Positions 16,248-25,763 of a stretch of 52,887 nt of DNA are shown piece after piece; the stretch's first letter is position 1, and each line of letters begins with the position of its first letter. Made by a program: the position numbers and the translations under genes. The DNA is from an uncultured Bacteroidales bacterium (GTDB lineage: Bacteria > Bacteroidota > Bacteroidia > Bacteroidales > UBA10428): NCBI GenBank assembly GCA_964569585.1, contig CAZMVE010000007.1:1-52887 (forward strand), given 5' to 3'. Below the pieces are notes generated by a model, which saw only the letters and a program-made list of their open reading frames with translations, made no database searches and was not told the DNA's origin.

Positions 16248-18497
16248 TTATTCCTTCACCATTAATTTCACATATTCTTCCCCGGTCTCCATATAGAAGG
16301 TAACCATATAGGCTCCCTCTTGAAGCATATTGGTATTAATTATCTGCTGATTCTGACTTTTAATTTCAGCTATGAGCATTGTTTGTCCAATAATATTAGT
16401 GAAAACAATCCGGTTAAGCGAAGCTGCATTATCAATGATAACAGCATTGTTAAACGGATTAGGATAAATGTTCAATGCACCTGTTAAATGGTCTACAGAA
16501 GTAATATATTCTTCAAATTCAACACTCACGGATGCATCGCCTGATAAGTTTTCCAGTGTGTATAATTCTTCTGTATTACCCGAAACAACAACACCATCAA
16601 CTCTCCATTCTTTAACACTGTATCCGGTATTGGGGCTAGCAATGAAAGCTATGTTTTTTCCTTCCTCAACTATATCACCCGAAGTGATCCCAATACCGTC
16701 TACTAATGCAGCCAGGCTTCCATTTCCTCCCACTACATTAAAGTCTACTGTAAATAATCCGGTAGCATTTCCATAAATAACAAAAGGTAATCCCTGAGGA
16801 GTGCCTGTTCCGCTATCATTCATATCTATCCAGGTCGTTGAACCAACATTGTATTGTAAGGCATTTCCCGTTGTTGTCTCACCAAAAATGGTAATGGGGG
16901 GGGCATAGGGACCGAATGCCAATGAACCAGTAGTTATTACTTCAATCCAGTATGTACCTTCTTCTAATACAAGTGGTGTTCCAAGTAATGCATGAATCAT
17001 CATTATGGGCCGATCAGAATTTAACAAATCAGTCTCGAGAGCTCTATACACTCCCGTCCAGGATGTATTAGTTAAAATATTTGTTGATAAATCCCCATAA
17101 ATCACTGTTCCTCCGTCGTTCGGAGCTGCATCCCATATTTGCATCCTTAAATCATTAATAGTAGAACTTTCTGTTGATCCTGCTTGATAGCCATAGAAAA
17201 CTAATGATTCTATTGTCCAATAAGAGTTAGCAGGTATTGTGAATTCATCAGCGATAGTATAATCTGGAATATAAAAACTGAATCCGATAGTACCCATACT
17301 TAATGAAGTATTAGCTAATGCCGAAACACCATAGCCGTTGAATCCACTTACAGGGTTTGTTACAAAGCCACCAATACCTGAACCTCCAGCTTCAATACCA
17401 TTATTAAATAATTCTGTATCAGAATCTCGCTCAAATTCAACAGTAACTGTGACTGCTTCTGTGAGGTTTTCGAGAGTGTAGGTGAGTTCTGTATGGTCAG
17501 TAACAACAGCAGCATTAACTATCCATTCTTTCACCTTGAAACCAATAACAGGGTGGGCAGTGAATTCAATATTCTTAGCTTCCTCAACAACATCTCCTGA
17601 AGTAATATCGATTCCATCGACTTTTGCTGACAGACTTCCATTTGCCCCCTCGACATTAAAGCTAACAGAGAAGTAACTTGTTGAATGTCCATAAATGATA
17701 AATGGAAAACCCTGGGGAGTTCCGGTACCACTATCTGTAAAATCATTCCATACACCACTGCTATTTTGCAGTGCATTCCCGGTTGTTGTTACCCCTACAA
17801 TGGCAATTGGATTGGCCCAGGGGCCGGAAGCCAATGTTCCTCCGGCTGAATATTCAACCCAATAGTTTCCTGCAGGCAATTCCAGAGGCGTACCCATTTC
17901 GACACGTAATCCCATAATCGGACGGTTCTCATCAGCAGTTGTCTCCGATACTCTGTAAACACCCGTCCAGTATGCTTCATCAAGGACATTGGTTACCAAG
18001 TCGCCATATGATACGGTTCCACCTGCATTGGGAGCTCCTCCAGACCATATTTGCAATCTTAAATCATCGATGGTTGGAATGGTAGTTGATCCGGTCTGAT
18101 AGCCAAATACTATAATCGAATCAATTGTCCAGATAGTATTGGCTGGAACTGTAAAATCATCGGCAACAGAGTAAGTACTTGTAATCTGAAAACCAGCTCC
18201 AAATGTGTTAAGACCCAGTGTTGTAAATAAGGTTGAATAATCAGAACCGCCGGGTCCTGCACCGGGATCTGTTACAAATCCTCCAATACCTGAACCACCT
18301 GCAACAATGCCGTTGTTATATATTTCTCCGTCAATACTTTTATCAATAAAGTTATTTACTGGAGATGTAAATACGGGTAATATATCCATTTCGGATGAAA
18401 TGGATACTGTTTCAGAAACTTCACGATCATTTGTTTTTTGAGCAAAACCAGAGAGTAAAGAAAAGTTAACCAACAACAGTAAAAATAATTTTTTCAT
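16248..18497 (-). CDS. T9SS (type-A CTD) secreted protein with an internally duplicated ~300-aa module containing InlB-B-repeat-like domains
   Basis: Signal peptide MKKLFLLLLVNFSLLSGFAQ. The two modules start NNGIVAGGSGIGGFVTDP and NNGIEAGGSGIGGFVTNP. The C-terminal YPNPFNN...MVTFYM...VKLMVKE is a T9SS sorting domain. Confidence 0.8.
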   Translation of the reverse strand: MKKLFLLLLVNFSLLSGFAQKTNDREVSETVSISSEMDILPVFTSPVNNFIDKSIDGEIYNNGIVAGGSGIGGFVTDPGAGPGGSDYSTLFTTLGLNTFGAGFQITSTYSVADDFTVPANTIWTIDSIIVFGYQTGSTTIPTIDDLRLQIWSGGAPNAGGTVSYGDLVTNVLDEAYWTGVYRVSETTADENRPIMGLRVEMGTPLELPAGNYWVEYSAGGTLASGPWANPIAIVGVTTTGNALQNSSGVWNDFTDSGTGTPQGFPFIIYGHSTSYFSVSFNVEGANGSLSAKVDGIDITSGDVVEEAKNIEFTAHPVIGFKVKEWIVNAAVVTDHTELTYTLENLTEAVTVTVEFERDSDTELFNNGIEAGGSGIGGFVTNPVSGFNGYGVSALANTSLSMGTIGFSFYIPDYTIADEFTIPANSYWTIESLVFYGYQAGSTESSTINDLRMQIWDAAPNDGGTVIYGDLSTNILTNTSWTGVYRALETDLLNSDRPIMMIHALLGTPLVLEEGTYWIEVITTGSLAFGPYAPPITIFGETTTGNALQYNVGSTTWIDMNDSGTGTPQGLPFVIYGNATGLFTVDFNVVGGNGSLAALVDGIGITSGDIVEEGKNIAFIASPNTGYSVKEWRVDGVVVSGNTEELYTLENLSGDASVSVEFEEYITSVDHLTGALNIYPNPFNNAVIIDNAASLNRIVFTNIIGQTMLIAEIKSQNQQIINTNMLQEGAYMVTFYMETGEEYVKLMVKE

Positions 18498-18807
18498 AAG
18501 ATAAGTTTTTAATTTATTGTAAAATTTGATAATGTTGACTTTAATAAATTTATAATAAATAATTATCTTATGCTCTAATTATTAACAAAGAGTTGGTCCA
18601 TTCAATTCTGATTATATCAGTTTTTCGCTATAGCGTTGGGATTTATAATTAATATATAAAAATTAAATTGTTGAAACTTTGTTGTTAGTTATTCGGAAAC
18701 CTGGCTTGATCTAATATTTTTTTATTAAACTTGAATGATTTTCTTTTAAAATGCAGAATAACTTATAGAAATTAAAGTCTTAAATATTAACCAAACTTAA
18801 AATTACG

Positions 18808-20043
18808 ATGAATAAATCTTTATTGATTTTGATTGTTCTGGCAATCTTTTTCTACTGCTGTTCTAATAAAAATACCATAGAACATAATTCATACTCTTTT
18901 GAACCTATTCCTTTTAAGCTGGAGGACGATGGTAAGTGGGGCTTTATTGATTTTGAAGGGAATATAATAATTGACCCAAAGTATGAAAATAAACCTACCT
19001 ACTTTAAAGAGGGTTATGCAATAGTTAGTGATGATACGGCATACTATTTTATTTCTACTATAGGAGATACGGTTGGATCCTACTATAAAAGTGCTCAACT
19101 ATTCTGCGAAGGTTTGGCATTGATCAAAGACAAAGAAAGAGAATTATACTTTATTGATTCTACCGGCGCACTACTTTTTAAGGTCGACACTATAGCAAAC
19201 GATGATCTGACAGAATGTAGTTCTTTTAAAAATGGACGGGCTTTAATTAAAATTTTGAAAAGTAAATATGGATTTATAAATAATAAGGGAAATATCGTTA
19301 TTAAACCAAAATATTTCGAAGCCCAAGAATTTTACGAAGGGTTAGCTTACGTGGAACTGGTGAATGAAGATGAAGATGAAGATGATGAGGATGTAAAAGT
19401 TGAAAAATTTTTCATTGATACAACGGGTAAAATCGCTATTAAGCTTGATTCTGAAATTGAATGGGTGCATAATTTTAATGAGGGAATGGCAGCTTTTAAG
19501 GATACTGCCGGTTGTGGTTTTATGAACAGTAAAGGTAAGATAGTGATTCCTCAGCATAAGAACTGGCAGGATCTGACAAACTACGTTAATGGCTATGCTG
19601 CTTATCAATGTGGAGGAGACTGGGGAGTGATAGATAGCACGGGCACCAAAGTGTTAAGCTCTGTTTACGAACGTCCGCCTGCCTTTTACAATGGACAGGC
19701 CATAATTAAAGAAAACAATAAGTATGGAGTAATTAATTTAAAAGGAGAAAAAGTAATTAAGTGCTCCTATCATCATATTTCCTATCCTTTATTTAACGAC
19801 AGATATTTTGCCAAAGACGGTAAATACTATGTGATGATTGATCCTGCAGGAAAACAATTGAGTGAGATAGAATTTTCGAGAATTGACCTGATTCCGTTGC
19901 TGCGCTTTAGTTTTATCCCAGGTTATATTGTCGTTGGCGAAAATTTGGGAATCAGTGTGAGTTTACTTGAGGGTGATTCAGAGGAGAACGAAGATTTTTA
20001 TGACAATGTCAACGATGAATTAACAAAACTATATAGTAACTAA
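18808..20043 (+). CDS. WG-repeat (KWG) lipoprotein
   Basis: Lipobox FFYCCS. Units recur in the form GKWGFIDFEGNIIIDPKY, KYGFINNKGNIVIKPKY and KYGVINLKGEKVIK. Confidence 0.8.
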   Translation: MNKSLLILIVLAIFFYCCSNKNTIEHNSYSFEPIPFKLEDDGKWGFIDFEGNIIIDPKYENKPTYFKEGYAIVSDDTAYYFISTIGDTVGSYYKSAQLFCEGLALIKDKERELYFIDSTGALLFKVDTIANDDLTECSSFKNGRALIKILKSKYGFINNKGNIVIKPKYFEAQEFYEGLAYVELVNEDEDEDDEDVKVEKFFIDTTGKIAIKLDSEIEWVHNFNEGMAAFKDTAGCGFMNSKGKIVIPQHKNWQDLTNYVNGYAAYQCGGDWGVIDSTGTKVLSSVYERPPAFYNGQAIIKENNKYGVINLKGEKVIKCSYHHISYPLFNDRYFAKDGKYYVMIDPAGKQLSEIEFSRIDLIPLLRFSFIPGYIVVGENLGISVSLLEGDSEENEDFYDNVNDELTKLYSN

Positions 20044-20073
20044 AAATACAACCAACCATAAATTTCGATAATC

Positions 20074-21699
20074 ATGAAAGTAACTAGTTATATATCACTG
20101 ATCATTGTTTCGTTAGTGCTATTGCAGTGTGGTAAGCAACCTGCATTTGATTCACTTGTCCCATACCAGGATAAAGAAAACTCATACTGGGGATATATTG
20201 ATTTTAATGGAAAAATAAAAATCGATCCTTCGTTTAAAAATTTACCTGGTTTATTTTATGAAGGCTATGCTTTAATAGCTTCTTCAGACGGAAGTATTGA
20301 TTATATAAACAAAACAGGGAATGAATACGAAAGAAATTATATCGAGGCCACTGATTTTCAGGAAGGAGTTGCATTTGCAGTTAAAGACGATGAGTATCCC
20401 TGTATGCTTGATTCTAAACTGGAAGAAGTCAAGGTATTAGAGAAGGTTGATAAAATCAATATTCCAAGTGAAGGATTAATCTGTTTCAAAAATACCAGGG
20501 GGAAGTGGGGGTACATGAATAAAGAATTCGATATAATAATTAAGCCAACCTACGATGCAGCCTATAGTTTTAGTGATGGATTGGCATTAATAGAAAAGAT
20601 AGAATATGATACAACAGGTGAAAGTAAAATTGAAAAAGTACTTCTTGGATTTATCGATTCGGAAGGAAATGAAGTAATAAAACCAACAAGTAACCTGTCA
20701 ATTGTTCGTTCGTTTTCTGAGGGAATGGCGGCATACTCTGATGCGATTGGCTGGGGATGGGGCTTCATTGATAAAATGGGTAAAAAAGTTATCCGGGCAA
20801 AAGAAGAGTGGCAACATGTCACCGATTTTAATGAAGGTGTTGCATCGATCGAGATATCAGGATTATGGGGTTTAATAAACAAAAAAGGAGAGATCATTTT
20901 AAATTGCAAATACAACGACGCTATTGTATTTTCTAACGGATTAGCTGCTGTTGAAAAAGATGATAAAATAGGTTTTATCAACCGGAAAGGCAAATGGATA
21001 ATTGAACCTGTATTCGATGATATTCTTCTGGATTTTACTCATCGGAAAGCTATTGTTCTAAAGAATAATTTTTTCATTTTTATTAACAAGCGAGGTAAAC
21101 AGATCAAGAACAATGAATTTTATAATATCGATTTTCCTGTTGCTTTAAACTCATCTGTACGAAGTGACTTTTTTGATATTGAACCTGTTATCGATACTCT
21201 AATTTCAAAAATTACTACTGAGAGTGTGAATGGACTTTCTGAAAGTACTTCATTATCTGATGCAATGAAAATTTACCATTTCGTCAATTCAGATTTACCG
21301 GAAGATTCCCGAATCAAGTATATTGAATTACAAAATATTAATATGGATAAAGAGATCGATATTACAACAACTTTAAATTTCAATAAAAATGTATCCATTC
21401 CTATAAAGCAATTTACAAGTTATAATTACTGGTGGTACTATGAAGAAATAGTGGGTTATAAACCAAATACTTCAGCAAAATTAAATTCAATTGAATTTGA
21501 AATCGATCTGGCAGGGCGAAAGGAAGGGAAAGCTGATAAACTGGCGAAGGGATTTAAAACACTATTTGAACAATATAGCTATAACATGGATGAAAAATCA
21601 TCTTCTGATGAGAAATTCGTGCTAAATGGCCCTGATAGTGATATCAAAGCAATAATTAAATTTGGGGATAACTACGTTTCAGTCATACTTGATATGTAA
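20074..21699 (+). CDS. WG-repeat (KWG) protein, larger paralog
   Basis: Signal/lipobox VLLQCG. Repeats include YWGYIDFNGKIKIDP, GKWGYMNKEFDIIIKP, LWGLINKKGEIILN and KIGFINRKGKWIIEP. Confidence 0.8.
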   Translation: MKVTSYISLIIVSLVLLQCGKQPAFDSLVPYQDKENSYWGYIDFNGKIKIDPSFKNLPGLFYEGYALIASSDGSIDYINKTGNEYERNYIEATDFQEGVAFAVKDDEYPCMLDSKLEEVKVLEKVDKINIPSEGLICFKNTRGKWGYMNKEFDIIIKPTYDAAYSFSDGLALIEKIEYDTTGESKIEKVLLGFIDSEGNEVIKPTSNLSIVRSFSEGMAAYSDAIGWGWGFIDKMGKKVIRAKEEWQHVTDFNEGVASIEISGLWGLINKKGEIILNCKYNDAIVFSNGLAAVEKDDKIGFINRKGKWIIEPVFDDILLDFTHRKAIVLKNNFFIFINKRGKQIKNNEFYNIDFPVALNSSVRSDFFDIEPVIDTLISKITTESVNGLSESTSLSDAMKIYHFVNSDLPEDSRIKYIELQNINMDKEIDITTTLNFNKNVSIPIKQFTSYNYWWYYEEIVGYKPNTSAKLNSIEFEIDLAGRKEGKADKLAKGFKTLFEQYSYNMDEKSSSDEKFVLNGPDSDIKAIIKFGDNYVSVILDM

Positions 21700-21757
21700 A
21701 AAAAGAATTAAACATTTTCATTGAATTTCTCAATGGAAACAGTTAAAGTATAAAAAT

Positions 21758-21791
21758 AACTCTCCGGTGAATTTAAAATTTCCGGGGAGTT
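21758..21791 (+). terminator. Probable intrinsic terminator of the WG-repeat gene pair
   Basis: AACTCTCCGG (21758-21767) pairs with CCGGGGAGTT (21782-21791), with one G-U pair, followed by ATGCTTTT. Confidence 0.5.
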
Positions 21792-22079
21792 ATGCTTTTA
21801 ATAAGATTTTGATCGTTATCGGATTATTTCTCTTTGCATCTCATTGCATATGACAAACAATTTCTATTAAAACAACAGCTGTATTTGCTATTAAGTCAAT
21901 TATGCAAGTACTGATTTCTATTTAAAGGTATCGAAACTAATTATTAAAGTTGAACTTTCTCAATAAGGCATAAAGGTCTACCAGGGTTTTAAAGCTATTT
22001 ATAAAGCTAAAATTGCAACATTTTTTCAGGATAAACGTTACAAAAAATAACCACAAAACATAACTAAAACAGTTCAAGT

Positions 22080-22697
22080 ATGAAAACTACTGTATCAACT
22101 ATCATGGTTCTTGGACTATTCTTAGCAGTTAACGTAATAGGTTACGCGCAAGTGAGTTCCCAACCTCTATCGTTGGATACTAGTCCAATCGAAGACCAGT
22201 TCCAGTATGTTTACCAGAAATCTTCTGATTTTGAAGAATATAAAATGGTCAAGCGATGGTACTTGATCCGGCTCAAATCGCATGTACTGGATTCTTTAAA
22301 AGAAAACCGGGATCAGTTAATACAGGCAAGAAGTCAGATTACCTTAAAGGAAATCATGATCGATTCGCTGCATACAGTGATTAATACAACCGCTACTAAC
22401 TTAAATATGGCAATTAGAGAAAAAGACAGTTTCGCTTTGCTTGGGATTCCAATGCAAAAAGCTGGATATAGCAGTATGGTTTGGTCCATCATAGCAGTTC
22501 TCACATTCTCCCTGCTGATTTTTATTTTATTGTACAAACGAAGTTATCGTGTAATCGTTAATTCTGAAACCGATTTAAAAGAAATTCGTTCGGAATTTGA
22601 AGCATTCCGAAAACGTGCCCTGGAACGTGAGGAGGGTATTGTAAGGAAATACCATAACGAACTGATGAAGTATAAAAGCAGGGTGAGCAAAGTATAA
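22080..22697 (+). CDS. Hypothetical signal-peptide, coiled-coil, single-TM protein
   Basis: N-terminal signal MKTTVSTIMVLGLFLAVNVIGYAQ, an internal TM segment WSIIAVLTFSLLIFILLY and a charged C-terminus. Confidence 0.5.
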   Translation: MKTTVSTIMVLGLFLAVNVIGYAQVSSQPLSLDTSPIEDQFQYVYQKSSDFEEYKMVKRWYLIRLKSHVLDSLKENRDQLIQARSQITLKEIMIDSLHTVINTTATNLNMAIREKDSFALLGIPMQKAGYSSMVWSIIAVLTFSLLIFILLYKRSYRVIVNSETDLKEIRSEFEAFRKRALEREEGIVRKYHNELMKYKSRVSKV

Positions 22698-22723
22698 TGG
22701 TTCTATTTGCCTGGGTCGCTTTT

Positions 22724-24550
22724 TCAGCGCAGAAGGCTAAAAGTACCCTGGACGGTGGTAATATTATCGTCCCACATCCTGGCTCTTATTATATAGGAAT
22801 AGGTATCAACATTCTGGAGTTTGTCCTTATAGTATCCGTCCCAGCCCTGCGAAATATCATTTGTAAAGAATATCTCGGTACCCCATCGGTTAAATATCCT
22901 GAATTCAAGTAATTCCTGGATACCCCAACCATCAACTTTAATGATGTCATTGATCATATCCTGGTTCGGAGTAAATGCATCGGGTATCCCAATCCGGTAT
23001 TCTTCGCGTACTTCAATGGTAATCTCAAAGGCCTCCGACTGAAAACATTGATTGGTATCGGAAATAACAAGATTATACGTGATTGAATGAAGCGGCTGCA
23101 TAGTGGGATTAGGACAATCGGTACAACTGATTCTCATTTCAGGATCATCGGACGACCATTCATAGGTTAGCAACCGGCTCAGGGAGTCGAAAACAGTGAC
23201 TATTATACTATCGCCGACAATCAACGTTGTATCAAGGGGGAATACGGTTATTTTACCTTGTATAAAACCTTCCTGTACATAAACAGTAATTTCATCGGAA
23301 TTGCTACAGTGAGTGATTGTGTCAGTAATGGTTGCGGTGTAGGTTGATGTGTTTTCTGGTGATACGGTCGGAGTATAACTTTCCGGATTATCAAATGCGG
23401 AAGCAGGAGTCCAGAATATTATGTGTCCACCGGCAGCTGTCAGAGTGGTTTCTTCGCCAGGACAAACAATGATATCATCCATCAGGTTAATTTCGGGCGG
23501 GGGATTGATAATAATTTCTTTTTCAATCGAATCCGTACATTCATCGTTATTTTCTATGTTCAATTTCACGGTATAGGTACCGGCAGAATATGTGACTATC
23601 GGATCTTCAGACAGACTGGTCGAACCGTTTCCAAAATCCCACGAATTGAATACATTGCCAATTGAAGTATTTTCAAAGGCTACTGGCTCTTGTTCACAGC
23701 GGGTATCGGCATATTCAAAGTCGGCAATAACCTCATATATGTGAAATGTATTCTGCATAGTACAACTTCCGGTAATTCCTGTTACTGTAAGCCAGGCGGT
23801 TAAATAACCCATAGTATTATAAACGTAAGTAACGGGGTTCACATCATTAATAATTACACCTTCTTCCAGTTCCCAGGAAAAGCTGGTCACATCCTCTACA
23901 GGAGTCATCGTGAATTCGATTGTATCACCCTTGCAAGCTTCCACCGGATTTATAGTAAAATCTGCTATAGGGCCATCTACCCATACGGTGTAATTGGAAG
24001 TATCGGAGCATTCGTAACGATAGGTTATGCATTGAACATTATAATTGCCATGGGCTTCATAAGCATAATACATGTAGTTCCCTATACTCAAGGTGTCCGA
24101 CCCGTCACCAAAGTCCCATAAAGCACTATCTATCGTTGAAGTGAGACGGAACTGCACCTCTCCGTTAACACAGGCATTGGTTGAATCGATGATAAGTGAG
24201 GCGCTTGGAGTGAGAATGACATGAATATACTTTGTTATTTCATCGGTTTCGGATGTAATAGTGTTTGTTACTTGTAGAGTTACCGGTATATCACCAGGAC
24301 TATTAAACGTGAATACCGGGTTTTCTTCGGTTCGCTGACCGAAAGGCCCAAAAGTCCACAAATACTCCAAATTGGATCCGGTAGACATATTTGTGAAATG
24401 CACAGTGAAAGGCGTACAACCCAGGGTATCATCGGCAACGAAATCGGCAGTAACCTGGCTATATGTACTTGATGAAAACAGAAGTACAATCAGGATTATA
24501 AGTATTCTGCAGGCAATTTTTTCAGGTGATTTAATTATTTTATTATGCAT
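22724..24550 (-). CDS. PKD-repeat surface protein with type-B T9SS (gliding-motility-associated) C-terminal domain
   Basis: Repeated CTPFTVHFTN / WDFGDGS / WDFGNGS PKD-like units. The C-terminal IPDAFTPNQDMINDIIKV...FRIFNRWGTEIFF is the type-B CTD signature. Confidence 0.85.
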   Translation of the reverse strand: MHNKIIKSPEKIACRILIILIVLLFSSSTYSQVTADFVADDTLGCTPFTVHFTNMSTGSNLEYLWTFGPFGQRTEENPVFTFNSPGDIPVTLQVTNTITSETDEITKYIHVILTPSASLIIDSTNACVNGEVQFRLTSTIDSALWDFGDGSDTLSIGNYMYYAYEAHGNYNVQCITYRYECSDTSNYTVWVDGPIADFTINPVEACKGDTIEFTMTPVEDVTSFSWELEEGVIINDVNPVTYVYNTMGYLTAWLTVTGITGSCTMQNTFHIYEVIADFEYADTRCEQEPVAFENTSIGNVFNSWDFGNGSTSLSEDPIVTYSAGTYTVKLNIENNDECTDSIEKEIIINPPPEINLMDDIIVCPGEETTLTAAGGHIIFWTPASAFDNPESYTPTVSPENTSTYTATITDTITHCSNSDEITVYVQEGFIQGKITVFPLDTTLIVGDSIIVTVFDSLSRLLTYEWSSDDPEMRISCTDCPNPTMQPLHSITYNLVISDTNQCFQSEAFEITIEVREEYRIGIPDAFTPNQDMINDIIKVDGWGIQELLEFRIFNRWGTEIFFTNDISQGWDGYYKDKLQNVDTYSYIIRARMWDDNITTVQGTFSLLR

Positions 24551-24731
24551 GGCAAGGTATATATCAGAATGAATACTCTATAAGATAGTGTTGTTTTTGG
24601 TCAATTAAAAGTATCATTTTACTCTTGAATAATGAAAATTTTGACAACGAATTTTGCGAGATGTCGAAAACTTGCAATAGGATATTTAATAAATATGCTT
24701 AATTTCATAAAACAATAGCCAGAAAAAAACT

Positions 24732-25763
24732 ATGTATAGTTTTTTCAGATATTTTTCTCTTTCTTTTTCTAGGTTGCTCCTAAACATGTCATCTTTATGC
24801 GTCGTGCTTTTAATGACAGTTCCCATACAGGGGCAGGATGCTCAACTGGCACTTTATCAATATCATCCCTTATTCGTTAATCCTGCTTATACCGGTAACT
24901 ATTTAGGAGATTGGAGATTAAGTGCAGGGTACAGGAATCAACAGGTAGTCACTGCTCAGCCCTATAAAACTGCAGTTGCCAGCTTCGATGGACATTTTTA
25001 TTTACTTACTCAGAAAATAGGAGCAGGGCTGTATATTTTAAATGATCAATCAGGCATTGGCGGCTTGACTTTCAATAAAATATACGGTTCTCTTGCTTAT
25101 GAAAGGGATATCAACAATAATATGATTGGTATTGGTTTACAGGCTGGTTATATTTCTGGAAGTGTGAACGATTGGGGTATTTGGGATAATACAACAGGTA
25201 CTTTTACAGCTCCGGGAGGAGAAGTATATTTTGGAGAAAAAACCAACTTCATCGATATTAATTTAGGTTTTAGCTGGAAACGAAAGATTAACTATCTTCT
25301 TCCACAGGTTGGAATTAGCCTGTTACACCTGAATAATCCGAACATTTCTTTTTTTGAAGGTGAGGAAAAGCAGAATATTCAAATACTGTTGGATACACGT
25401 CTCGATTTGGAAATTGGCGATTATCTATTATTAACGCCCCTTATTCTTGTAAAAACTCAGCGAGGTGTGAGTCAATCGATTGCCGGAGCCGATATAAAAT
25501 ATACGCTACAAGGAAAGCGAAGCCCTGTGAAATCAGTATTTGGAGGCATTCATCTGCAAAATGGAGTATTAGAAAGCGCTTCTTCTGTATTGTTACAACT
25601 AGGTACCCGTGTGCAAAGAATAGATATTGTAATGGGCTATGAACGTAATCTGGGTAACTTTGGTGAGTCAGCAGGTATGACCGGGGCTTTCGAAGTTGCT
25701 ATTGTTTATAACAGCATCAGCACTATATTAAATACATATTCAATTCCCTGTGAGAGGTATTAA
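24732..25763 (+). CDS. PorP/SprF-family T9SS outer-membrane protein
   Basis: YQYHPLFVNPAYTG near the N-terminus and a beta-barrel-like remainder. The true start may be M19 (24786). Confidence 0.8.
   Translation: MYSFFRYFSLSFSRLLLNMSSLCVVLLMTVPIQGQDAQLALYQYHPLFVNPAYTGNYLGDWRLSAGYRNQQVVTAQPYKTAVASFDGHFYLLTQKIGAGLYILNDQSGIGGLTFNKIYGSLAYERDINNNMIGIGLQAGYISGSVNDWGIWDNTTGTFTAPGGEVYFGEKTNFIDINLGFSWKRKINYLLPQVGISLLHLNNPNISFFEGEEKQNIQILLDTRLDLEIGDYLLLTPLILVKTQRGVSQSIAGADIKYTLQGKRSPVKSVFGGIHLQNGVLESASSVLLQLGTRVQRIDIVMGYERNLGNFGESAGMTGAFEVAIVYNSISTILNTYSIPCERY

Noticed and set aside
19366-19393. GAAGAT/GATGAT microsatellite-like repeat (a similar one lies near 27838-27856)
   Set aside because: Both are in frame inside long ORFs and simply encode acidic Glu/Asp linkers. 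They are not independent repeat elements.
22697-22912. 71-aa plus-strand ORF immediately after the 205-aa gene
   Set aside because: It lies almost entirely antisense to the well-supported type-B CTD coding region of the 608-aa gene and has no motif. It is a shadow ORF.
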